Shown here one piece after another: positions 39,801-52,900 of a stretch of 64,000 nucleotides of DNA (position 1 is the stretch's first letter; each line of letters starts with the position of its first letter). A program made the position numbers and the translations under genes. The notes under the pieces were generated by a model that did not search any database, was not told the DNA's origin, and saw nothing but the letters and a program-made list of their open reading frames with translations. The DNA is from Iphione sp. A-MEVVRFRX5. Lineage: Eukaryota. Location: NCBI GenBank assembly GCA_976226885.1, contig OZ320316.1:75144001-75208000 (forward strand), in the 5' to 3' direction.

Positions 39801-42800
39801 TATATGTCATCATAAACCATTGTTATCAGTTCCCTGGTGACCAGGTATGCGTCATCCACTACATGTTCTATAATGATACACTGTACATGTATTTCGATTT
39901 GAATGAGCAAGACGTATCTCTATGGCTTAACAAGAATGGAGAGATATTGTAAGAAATGAGAGGGAAAGCATCGATCCCTAGTTGGGAAAAATTGTACGAG
40001 GGCTTTTACTTAAGTTTTTTGAGTAGAAGGATTCCTGTGAAGAGAGTGTTTCAAGAAATGCAGTGGAGAAGAGGTTCGGGAAAATTGCATCGATGTTCGA
40101 GGCGTTCATGACTAGCAGATCAGTAGGATCCAAGAAGAAGTCAGCCGAACCAACCAAGGAAGTTTCTTGAAGTTCTTGAAGCGAGGATAAACCTGATAGT
40201 TCAGATAAGGAATCTCCCGACAGGAGGAGGCTAAAGAAGTCGAAGAAAGGTAAATCCTCAGGGAAATTCAGTATCTCATCCTACGTGGAGGGTGGTAAAG
40301 TAGACTCCTTCGAAGATCTCAACGCGGGAGCAATGGGTCTGCTGATTTCCGTGGACAAGAATATTGATGGCTTCATTGACCATATTGGGCTCTTAGTGAA
40401 AGCGAGAAAGAAGGATGTCAGTATGTTCCGTTTTGATGATACAGTCAATGTGCATCATTACCAGGGTCTTGATGAAACACTAGATGTTGCTAGTCAGAAG
40501 CAGGACAAGAAGAAACCCAAGTGGTCCAATGGTGTGTACTACAAGTACAACAATGTAAGATCTGAAGACAGTAACTGTCATTTTAGACATTCCTGACATC
40601 ATGCCTCAAGATGGGGCAACAAGTCTATAGAGTGTTTCCAGACTAAGATGACATGAGGAAAGGCGGTCAAGGCGAAATCTACATCAAGGATGGATTGACT
40701 AGAAGATAAAGTTAACTCCAAGGAGGATTTCACTTCGAGATAAGTTGAACTGCAACATTAATACTAAGGTGAATCTTTCGGACTCTGAGAATCAGATTCC
40801 TTATCAGGAAATTATGAACAGTCTGTCAGATTTAAACAAGAGTGATGTAGTTATTATGATGTGCAAGTTGAATGTTCTGTTGTTTAGTGACGGAGATGGT
40901 TGCAAGAGATCACCAATGGTGACTGCTTTTCTGAACTATCTGATGGTTTTATTTCAGAAAGTGAAGAGAAACCTCATTGTGTGAACACTGTAGGTGGTGT
41001 GCACAAGCGTAATGGTAAACTCCGTCCGAATCATAGACCGCTCCATGCAGCCTGAGATTGCATTGTACACGTCTACTACATATGAGGAGTTCAGCTATAA
41101 GTCACTGGATGATGTCTGTAATTTCCTATTTGATATCCAAAAGGCAAACCGATCCGTTCTAGTGAATTCTATACACAGAACCTTCCAAAGTGTCAGTTGG
41201 AAATTTAAAGTACTTTCTCATTAACTCTCTTTGTTTGGGGGGAAAGTGTGCCCCATGTATTTTTAACAAACTGTCAGAACATATTGTAGGTGAGTCTCAG
41301 GTACAGATGTGATTGGAGGATTGTGATAACCTCGATGATGACATCATTATAAGATCCTCTAAACAGGAATGCAATTTTCTGCAAAAGGTGTTGGTTGAAG
41401 TAATCAGTGACGTGGGCTTCATTGTCTGCTTAGGAAAAAGTTGTGAGCCCATAAGAAACTGTTGCCAAGTTTCTTGGCATTATGGCTAATGCCAGGGATA
41501 TGGAGTTCTTGCCAGAGGGCAAGCTAGAAGAAGTAAACTGTCAACAGCAGTGAAGAGAGGTGAACTGAGAAAAAAGGAGTATGAAAGTCTGGTTGTATCT
41601 CTCTCACTGCTTTACAGTTGTCAAAGTTCGGAGAACGTATACAAGAAGTTTGTATGACAAAAGCAAGGAGTGTAAGAGAATAAACAAGAGGTACGTTCTG
41701 AATGAGAATGTGATGCATGATCTTAACAATTGGTAGCTGCATTTCATTGAGTTTTAATGGCAAAAAAATCATCAGAACAATGTCAATTGATGCATGTAAG
41801 TATAACTACTGATTCATCTCTAGAGGGTTTTGGAGGCTGGTACGAGTTAGACTGGTTATGGTAGCTTGGCCACAGAATGAAATTGTTTGAAAGGCCTACA
41901 GCGCCATTATGAAAAATTACCAAGCATGGAAAATTTAGATGATCAGATGGACGTAAAAAAATATAATGGTCCTGCTTAGAGTAGAAAACACAACCGTAAT
42001 GTATATGTTGAAGGCAGGAAGGAGCAAGAACAAATGTATACACTGGTTGAGGGAAATTTTGGGGGCATGTATGTTTTTTACCGTGCATGTTAGAGTTGAG
42101 TAGTACTGAAGACAACATGATCGCAGAAGTTTTATCTAGACTGAATGATGTAAGCCAGATTAATAGATTAGAGGTTGACCTATGGTCAAGTTCAGCATGT
42201 GGCAGAAACAAAATGTTTTCTATAATAACAATTTGGTGGACTTTCCGTGTTTAAACTACCAAACGTGTCTGTATTTAGCCTATTTAGGAAAAACTATGTG
42301 CTTTACTTCCATTAAAAACTACCTCTCGAGCCTAATGTTTCAGTGTAGGATGTATTCATCCTCAGTTCCTGACATTCAGAACTTTGGTGCTTCTCAAGTC
42401 CTAGGAGGCCTAAAAGGATGTATGGTTAGAGCTCCAATTAGAGCATATGTTTTCAGTCTGTCAGACATGTTAGGGATCTTTGATAACGTTAATAATTCAC
42501 TTGACTGTGATTTATTATTTGGCTTGCTTGTATTCTGGCATTCTGTTGCCTACTCAGAAAAGAGTCACTTACTTTGAATAGGGGCATTCTATGGAGGGAC
42601 GTTGACTCCTGTGAGTCTGGGGTCATTATTAATATCAGGAGAGGTAAAGCGGTGCTGAAAAGTAGAGATTTTCCTCTATTTCTGTGTTTTATTGCACAAA
42701 TTTTAAGCTGGTGCTGCCACATGGTTAGAATTGTAAAAGAGGAGACTTTATATACTGATAATGGCAAATTATTGCACTTGAATTATTCCGATTTTATGTA

Positions 42801-43886
42801 CCAGTTAAAAAGTGTATGGTCTCATTTAAGTGTATATGGTAGAGTCTCCTCACATTCATTTAGGAGAGGTGGTTGTATACTTCTCGGTTTGACCTCTGGG
42901 TTTGACCTATCAGTGATGAAAGGAAGGAGGAATTGGAAATCTAGTTGCATTGAGAAATATATCAATGTTAATTATGGTGATATTGTTGACAATGAACTCA
43001 GGATTTCCCTGTCTTTTTTAGTTGGGTTTGAGCGTGCTGATTGTTCCCCACTCCCTTGTTAATGTCGTGTGTCACATATACCAAGTATAACAAATTATAT
43101 GTATATAGGTAATCATAGACCATTGTTATCAGTTGCTTGGTGTTATGGATCATGAAGCTACGAAGGTTTCCACATTCTTGGTTAACACTATATAACTTTT
43201 TAATCATTATCTCTTGATTTGCCTAATAGATAACCTTATCTATGAAACATACAATGCTTTACCTGTTCATCAGTCTCTTTTTCATACATATTCTTTCTCA
43301 TTTCTTTTCATGGAATATATTTACATATGTATACACACACTAGCATTGGTAATATTACTAATGAGATGAACATTGAGCCATACCCTGGGGAGATCTCTCC
43401 CTCTAAATACATGTACTTCACATCCCCAGCCCTCTTTTTATCGCCCTTTGTGGAACCCTCCCATATCTTTTTTCCACCTTCCGCTTCCATTCATTTCACT
43501 CCCCTTGTACTCAAGTCTGAATTTCTGAGATGCTTTATATACTTTTTGTCTCCATGATACCCTATACTTCATTAGCGCAGTCTTCACCGAATCTTGCTTT
43601 CATGCTCCCAAATGAATGTAGGTGCAATACTCTGTGCAATTGGGCAGCGACGATCAGCTATTAGAGGAGTCATCTCCTATATGCGTGACAGTGGTCTATA
43701 GCATGCACATACCTGGGCTGGCCCGTGCCACTGACAAATTAATAGGCTCCTAGGGAGCGATGTATGTCAAAACTGGGAAAGGCAGAATGGGAAGGTGGTA
43801 CTGACAAGGATATGTGAGTGAGCAAGTCAGTGAGTGAGGGTAACATATGGGTAGATGGAAATGGCCAGTCCGGAGAGCAGAGCAGA

Positions 43887-43939
<53 letters not shown>

Positions 43940-46900
43940 GACAGAGAGAGACAGAGTCAAAATGAAAGTGAATATGAGAGTACAGCAGGAGGTGGGTATG
44001 ACTCAGAGTGGCCGGAGGGACGGCAGAGGAGTCTTCGCCGTCCCTTCCTCCTGTGGCCGCAGGTCGGGCCAGAACTTGATCTGATGCCGATATACAAGCG
44101 GCGCCAGTGCACGGCGCCCAACTGCAGCCACCGCCTGGCACCCAATTCATTTTTCTAATGAATAGAGGCCGCGCCGACCGAATGAGGGCGGACTGGGGCC
44201 AGCCCAAGGGCCTAATTCACACGTGATGCTCCTCACGGCGTCGCCCTCCACACCAGTACCGGTAATTTCGTCCTCTGATATCTTGGATTCGCTCTAATTA
44301 AGACGGATAGCGGCTGTAGTGATGGCCAATCGATGATTCTTCATTTTTCACAGTCCGGACTAAGAATGTGGAGGCGTTCAAGCTTAGTTGCAGCATAGAG
44401 ATGAATGGTTAGGAATGAAGCGCACCTCAGATATCGATTATTATATTATCCTCAACAAACAAGCCATTCTTATTTCTATGTATACCTTGTAAAGGAAACG
44501 TCCTTGCTGTATAGGACTGGAATATACATGGAAATATGGTTATCTGTGACACAAATCTTGCGAAACTATTGTAATCATGACTTTCACAACCTTGGCGTCC
44601 GTGTGTCAGAACTACAGTTGTATACTCTCCATATTGTACATTGGTATAGTGTGCTAAATAAAAATAATTCCTTGCTTGAGTTTTGCGAGGATCAACGGAT
44701 ACACATTCTACGGATTTCAATGTAACTCTGTAGATAAAAAGACTCATGGTTTATTTCAGTTTAATTAGCTCAACCATGTAACTCTTCTTGTCTAATTTCT
44801 CGCTGCCATTACAGTCGTGATGAACCGGTTAGCATATGACATCAATTTACATCATTCTAGGGAGGAAGGCTCTCTGTAAATGGGAATTGCAAGCCGTCAC
44901 CCTAACCCTTATCTCTTAACTCGAGACACTTCAGCTAGTAGTAGTCCTAATTCCTGGTCGGTTGCATTCCGTATTCACCCACGATGAAAATGGCCCAACA
45001 TTTTGCTAAAGCCATTTCGCACAGTGGCAGCCATTATACCGAATATCCGACACGTACACTGCTATGCATCTCCATGGAGGACACTTACGCGCCATGTAAA
45101 GCTCTACATACGTGGACCAAGCGAAATGGATGGTTCGATGGTTTATTCATACACCAGCCGGCACCCGGTCTGTTTCATCAGCAGCCTAGTGGAACCAGAG
45201 AGCAGCTCACAGGGGCAGCAAGTATACACAGGCAAACGAGCGCGCTGCGCTCTCCTCGCTGTATGCTGATTAATGGCAAAGCGGCTTAGGATATTTTTTC
45301 CTTGGCTGCCTCCCTTGGCTGACCCTCAACACTACACAGGAGCGCTTCACCCGACCCCGACCCTTACCACACGGCAATCGACTCTCAGCTGCTCGCCTTA
45401 TCTGTCCCTGGAAAGAAAATCTGATAAGAAGGGTAGGGGGCGACTGTTTTCTCTAGGACACTAACACGTCTTCTGAGTAGCACACGGAATTGGCATTTCC
45501 GTCCTGGCAAAGGAAAAGGCTTTCGCAGAGGCTTAATGTGTAGGACAGAGACCGGATGAAACAGCTATGCATATCTAATACGTATATAAATTCCGCCAGT
45601 GCTACACGTTTTATATCATGTTTATGATCACCTCTGAAAATATGTCCACGGAATCGTGACTGGTTAGAATTATAGTTCCATGAGGATAGAAATATTTCGC
45701 AAAACAACGGAACCTGGCTTTTGACCAGGTTTATGAAAGAAATTCTATCGGTTGTATTTTAAAAGGCATCTTCGCTGCAGCCTTAATAAATTCGTGTTAT
45801 ATATCCTTCACGTGGGTAACATGGTTAACTACATGTGACGCTTCTAACATCATCTCTGTAGTGATAAATAAGATACGGCTAGTCTTTTGAAGACAACGTC
45901 CTTGTTGGATCTTAAATGCCTGGTAACAAGCCTGCAATAGGTGAAACTCGTTTGGTACGGCATGGGTTGGCTATACAAGAAACGTGTTGAGACAGACTGT
46001 TGATAAAGCGAAAGTGTAGTAGTTGCAAATCGATTGCTAAAATGATTACCTTGTTTCCATCGGATGTGAACGTATTGTGATATCATCATCTCAAGTGATG
46101 AAATATCCCTAAATAACAACAGCTGCGATATCAGGTTGGTTCAGTGCTATTGTCGTTTGGACATCGTGTGCAGATGTACATCAGGGAGTTTCTTTCAGCG
46201 ATTCCTTCATTATCATAATTAAATAAGTGATGACTAAAAGGCCCGCTACCTCATAAACACACAGAAATATTATCTATATGGATAGAATTGTCTGTGTAAT
46301 ACCTACCCTCTTTGTATTGGATGATATTATCATGGTGCTTCATCATCAACATAGGGATTACGCACATCTCCTCTCTGTAATAAAAATAAACGTTTATTAC
46401 ATTTATTCACATAGTCAAGTAATGGTCACGAAAACATTGAAAGCTACATACTGACATACAGTCAGCTACATACAGCTTCATTCATATATATATATAAACA
46501 TGTATATTTAAATATATTATAGTGTGTCTGAGTCTTGGTAACAGCTAATGGAATTTCCTCTCAGGTGTTCATTTGATGCCAACAGGAAAGGTCAACGCAG
46601 GTATCAGGTTCAAGGTGATCAACTGAGTTTAAGGAGAACATTCTAATCCATGCTCTTATATACAGATGTACATTTGTGCGCAGTGTCAGTATCCTCAGAT
46701 GTCAGTAATAGCATATTTCACAATAAAGCACATATACCCAATCTGAGTGACAACATTGTCATTACACACAGGATGGTTGTGTAACATATTACCACATGAA
46801 GAACAGAACAGTCATCTGCTTCAGTTCCGCCGGAAGACAGAATAACACCCAAACAAGAATATTCCTCCGTCTAAAAAAGATATTCAGTGATTGCGACCTG

Positions 46901-49900
46901 CACTAAACAAAATAAATACATATCTTATGAAATCATGAGATACATATAAACCGTGGCTAGTGTCTGTCTTTCTTGATAATATCAGTAAAGAATAGACTGC
47001 ATGCAAATGAACATGTAAATAAAAGAACAAGCAGGGCATGGCTTTGAACACTGTACGTCCTCTTTTAGGGTTGATCCGAACACATTCTGTTGATCTATCA
47101 AGGAGAAGGTTGCTCGGCAAAGGGCTCATTTCCTGGAGTAGACAGAGGGTGCAGATGGTGAGGGTAAAAAATCATTGCACGTTTTTGCTGTCTTTCCAGA
47201 GGGGCCTCCTAAGTTGGATGTCTGACAATTCGATTTTTGCCAAAGTCAGAAGAGGACACGTCTGTAAAGGCAAAGTAGGTGAGTTAAATATCCGAAGGGC
47301 TTCCGGCGTTAGTCATGAGGAAAAGCAAGGAATTGGGGAGAATTACCGAAAAGCTGAGCGTCGTCGGACGGGGAATCGCGTTAGGTTGCCGACTTCGCCG
47401 ATGCCAATGGCATCGCCGACAAGGGGCCAAATTATTGGCTTCAAGTCTTGCTGACATGGACGTGCCGTAGCATTGAGAGGAGCATGCAAACCACAACGGT
47501 TAAACGCCGAAGGGTCTGGAAGCCTTCTGCTCCAATGAGGTTGAGATGGAATGGCTCTCGCAGATAGGGTATGTTTCAATTCATCATTTTGGAGAATTTA
47601 TTCAATCTCCGAACAAATAGTTCATTTTAGGAAAAGACTTCGTAGCGCCCCTCATAAATGCACAGCCCGATAGCTTTACACGTGAGTATATGATAAATGT
47701 ATTACGCAAGAATATAAGCAGATTCGCAATGTCCCACTTGATTTTTCATTGCTATCGCTCAACAATGGCAGCGTCTTCTTTGAACATCGCGGAAAATTCT
47801 TCGAGACTTTCGTTCGACGCAGCAGACAAGCCAGTAGTCGACTTTCAAAGAATATCGCATGCTCCAAGCGTGCAACCCTCTACGTGCTGACATGCGTCCG
47901 CAGTGGAGTCAAAAATGCTCACAGAAGAAGGGCGCCCCATTAGCTTGGAACCGATCGCATATGCAGCTTTGATATTCAACACTATAATAAAAGACCATGA
48001 CATTAACGTTTAATGTCTCCGCGAATCACCACTGAGTCAACTACCTAGGTCGTAGCCTGTTTTTATTGTAGGTCACGCATTACCTTTTCTCGTCCGCTGT
48101 TTTGATTTCTTATTACGACAGAGAAAACGTGGCACGATTGTTGTTTATTACCAGGAAAAAGGGAAACCTGGAATAAAATTATTATTCCTTCTCGATAGAG
48201 TCCAAAATAAATACGGCATGTTCCGGAATCGTCTTTGATCATTCAGAATCTAAACATTTTTCGTATTTTAGAGAATTGTGTAGTAATTTTGGTCAAAATA
48301 TGTAAACTCACTGAAATTACTACCTTTCTTGAAATAAGTGCCTTTCCCTCTGTTTTTTTCCCTCAAAACGGAAAGAGCTACTGAATTTTCCAGTAAAAAG
48401 AATGCAGATCATTCTTCTATCCTGTCGGGAAAAATCAGTTAGATATACAGTCCTTTATATTACAGGTACCAACAGCCTGTCCATTAAACTACAAATGCCT
48501 CGTATTTTATGGATGCCACATGCACTAGACAACAGAATTCCTTCAAAGTAGATGCTGACGAAGTTGCCGATGTTGGGGAGAGGGAGGGGAGCCACCTGTC
48601 GTCCACACTTGGCACGAAGGCGCATCAAGCGAGAATGTCATTCGGGCATGGGCAGCGACGCATAATGTAATAACGAAAATCGGTGTGATGATGCGGCCGC
48701 CGGCGCAGACGACAATTAACAGGATATGAGCGAACGACAAGGCATTTGAGAGCAGATCTCCTGCAACAGAAGGCCCTCTTCACGAATCAACTCGCAGATT
48801 CAAGCGCCATCCTCCTTCTCTATCATCTTGCCGCTAGCATAGGAGAACTATTGAGAGGATCGGACGGCCAATGGGTTAATCGTTATAATTATGTGTCATC
48901 GCGTCTTTGCCAAGATACAGCTAAGATCGTCGAGCGCTCATCTTCCAACTCATAATATGATGCAGCAGTATTCGATACTCCTTGCCGTGAGTGCCTGAGA
49001 ATTGTTCTGCGTTTTTTCCGTTTGATTTTTGAGTTAGGCAACCATTAATGAGATTGGAACGAACTCCATCCTCACCATGTGAACAACGGGCGCCGAACCT
49101 CACAAAGCATTTCCAAGGCTCATCATTACCCGTTATTTAATTTAAATGGTCTGCAACAAAAAATGGAATAAATTATCATCTCTTCATAGTTACTGCCTAG
49201 AACAGCGATAGCGCTATCTTCCATCAAATAGAACCCAGACCGTTTGTTTCAGTACGGACCTGACAATACTATCAGGCCTTGGCGATGTTCCTATGACGAT
49301 ATCTAAATGGGCCGTCAGCTTTGGTTTGACCAGCGTTGCTCTTCTTCTGTCACCTAGATAGGATCCATCGGTCGTGGCCTGATGTGAGCCGAAAGGCCGA
49401 CCATCAGAGAGATTGCATGTCGGCGTTGGAATGTCATTACGGTCTTTACAAGTCGCTGCGCTCGTCACACGGCCCAGAGAACAGGGCGTTGGACGTTAAA
49501 TGTTCCTTTCGAGCAGAGAGGGATCAGGACCTCAGGCCTTGGCTGGCATCCACGTCGCCTCTACCCAACAGGCCGATATCCTTTCATGACGCTGATCCAA
49601 TGTCCCATAACGGCCTGACCCAAAACAACCTATCGGTCATTCGTTTTTGAGTCTGAGCTTGCCAAGGGCAGGCGATGTCACGATATCGGCCCGACATCAT
49701 CCGGACGGCGGCGTCACTCCTAGATAAAACCAGGGCATTCTTGATTTAAGGCAGTTGCCGTCGGCATTCACATTCTAAAGTGCCTATCAGACCGAATTCT
49801 GAAAGGGGCAGTCGTTTTGGAAAGCGCCCAAATTGAACGAAAGGAAATGTGAATCTGAAGTTTTAAAGAACAAAGGTTTCTGATTACACCTCAGATGCGA

Positions 49901-52900
49901 GCATTATGTTTTTGTACGTTTTTTTTCGTCAAGCCTAATAATGTCACGCAAGCTCCGTTATGGTGCTTCTTCTTTTTACCAGGGGGCACTGAACTCCTAC
50001 TCGTTTCACAACCACCTCTCTTGTGATATGCTGCTGGAGCAGCAGCCTCGGTTGTCTGGTAGATCAACATCACACGAATCGGCGATATGAGCATCCTTAA
50101 CGCCTACATGCAGCAATGGATTGGCTCAGCCAGTCAACCTGGGCGTCCAAAGGTCTGCATAGTGGACAGACACAGATCAGTCTCCCATAAAACACTTTCT
50201 CAGCCAGCTAGCTACTTCGACCGAGTAGGTCCCTATGGTCGTGAGGGTAGCACATCAAGGACCTGTACGCAGTCCCTGTGGGAGAGTCCACATTGAAGAC
50301 AGACGAACGCGGCCAGATGGAGGGGTAAGTGGGGCGGGTGGCTGGGGCCTCAGCGGCAGCCGTAGGGGACGGACGGCCTGTAAACGACAAACAAGATGGA
50401 TCTGCCAGAAGGGAGGATGGATGCGGTTGACGGCACGCCAGGTCTCTGCCCGTCCGGTCCCGCTCGAACTGGCATCGATCATAGTGCAGCCATACGCGAC
50501 GTGAGCGCCTCTGCGCGGGCGTCGCGTGCACTGATCCATCTCAGGCCTTGTCACACGAGAGGATGCTGGAGTGGACCAGGGCGCCCATGCCAGGAGATGC
50601 CCCCTGATGGAAAAGTGGCCGCAGTAACTGCAGCCTATCGATCATCTCACACCTATGACGCCACGACGGCAGGCTACGTCAATGTCGGTATTGCGAGATT
50701 TACAACAGACATCTTTAAGATGTCTGCGCCGAAGACAACATCTCATCCCAAATGGCTAGCAATCAGTCATTATAAATAGTTAGGGCTCAAATTTTAGAGA
50801 CAGAAGTGTTTCATTGTGTAGTAGTACACGAAAAGCCGACAACTGTGCAGCCCACAAGATTATGTAACAGACTTTATTTTTCCATTTGTCCATTCTACAC
50901 CCGACAATTTATAACCGACGAAATCATCAAGGCCCAGACATGCCGTATATCGAGGGATCGTTTATCGGGGTAAATGATCATTGTCAATTTCAAAAGAACA
51001 GAAGATGTCAGTTGATATAATTTCTACTTCGCCTGCTTTCATTCTCTCGGTCTCTGGTGCCCGGCTCTAAAAAGTCACCCTTCCATCTGAACATATTCAA
51101 TGACAAAGTGTGCGCCACCAGCTGTTGTTGGCTTTCGGCTCAGCCGGCACCTGGTGGCATTGGATGGCGCTGTGGCTAGATTAGGACGCTCTTCCGGTTG
51201 TCACGTGGTACGGATACAATGTCCTCTCTGCTGGTTATCACGAGGTCCCCGCGGGAAACACAGGCCGAGTTGGAAGGATGGGAGCGACAGGCGAAGGCAA
51301 AGGATTGGGTCTGGGGTTGAGAGAGGGGGTTGTCACTCTATATGATAGTCCCAAGAGTCTGTCATTCCTCCTTACGCTCGACGTCACACTGTCACCCCAA
51401 CATTGCCTCTCCCGTCAGCGCCTTCGGTTATTAGTACCATTCTTTACCGAGACACGCGCTGCTCGTTAGATAAACTTAGTGTACGAATGTAATATTTTTT
51501 ATCATCAGTTGTTCAGTTTTCTTGTGAGGTGGCGTATATATTTATATGTATATGTATCACAAATCTACAAAGACAACGATTAAGTGTAACAGACAAGTTG
51601 AAAATTAGATCAAATAATCCACCTTTCTTGAATCAAAATTCTAAAAATGAAGTAAATTGTCTAAAACACAATTTCCAAAACATTACATTCCCCATTATAT
51701 TCAGCTGCAATTCTGTATAAGAGGCGATATTATACATTATAATGTAGCTCAATTTAATATAATGAACCATGAGACACCATACTAATAGTACTACTTAAAC
51801 CCTTTCATGTAGATTTGAACGACCATTTAGAGAAAAACAAATGAATGTCCAAATCATTCAGGATTTACGTAATATTAACGTGTCCTAAATCTTCATTGGT
51901 CTTTTTCCCTGCCACTCAAAGCATCCGCCTCTTAGCGATTCTTCCCATCGTGTCCACCAACCGTCCTTCACGGTAATTTTCACCGTCTGCTTGGGCTCAT
52001 ATTTTCAATTTATTTTACTCTTCTATGTTAATCTAAGAGGTGAGCCTGGGGTATACTCCATTTCTTGAAAGACTTTAAAAGGAGACCATCGGTATTTGGT
52101 GAGATTGTCCCTGTACGACCCAATACAATATTCCCTTAGGCTTCAGGGGGAAGGGAAAGTATCATATCAGATATTTTGTTCATAATTAATTTGAGGTTAA
52201 TGTCACCTGCCTTGTCGATTTATTCAAACCAAAATCTCATTTTCTTGAAGGTAATTTGAGTGTTAATCCTTCCAACGGTTTCCTATCACAATGTCCATGA
52301 TGCAGTGTTCACATGTATTCGTATTCTTCTACATATGCATTTCTGTTGGCATAGCTTTACACCCATCCTATAATCATCAAGTTAATCATTCACATGTACC
52401 GCATCTGTATTTTTCTGTCTACAGACCCATAGACGTAGGTGACGAATCCATCCAAGACTGACGTTTTTACATCTATGGATCCACATTCCATAAACAGCAA
52501 TAGTACAGAGACACGTGGTAGACATATGTGAGAAACTGAATGCATATCCACAGGGGGCGTCCTACATCTCCCAATCCGTAGACAGATTTTTCGTCCGTGT
52601 TTCACACGGATACATGTGACCACCCTAACGTCTTTATGCATGCTATAAAACCTCTAAAAAGGGATCAACTAGATGTTGGTTTTTAAATTTTACTTGATCC
52701 ATTTTCTAAGTAGAATATTCAAGGAAACAAATGAAGATAATGTCAAGGTAAACATGTCATTAATATAAACAAACAAAACCTTATGACTCGTATTTATGCT
52801 CCTCCATCGAGGGGAAACGGTTCGGGTCGACTGGTCTAGATTTGACTCGTATGCACAACACCATACTGATAGTTTGTGTACCTTTAGGATTATTAAAGTA

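Noticed and set aside
41783-42211. 142-aa minus-strand ORF
   Set aside because: It is antisense to the Ngaro RNase H region.
43739-44207. ORFs with ERERER or SLSLSL runs
   Set aside because: These are translations of the (GA)n microsatellite.
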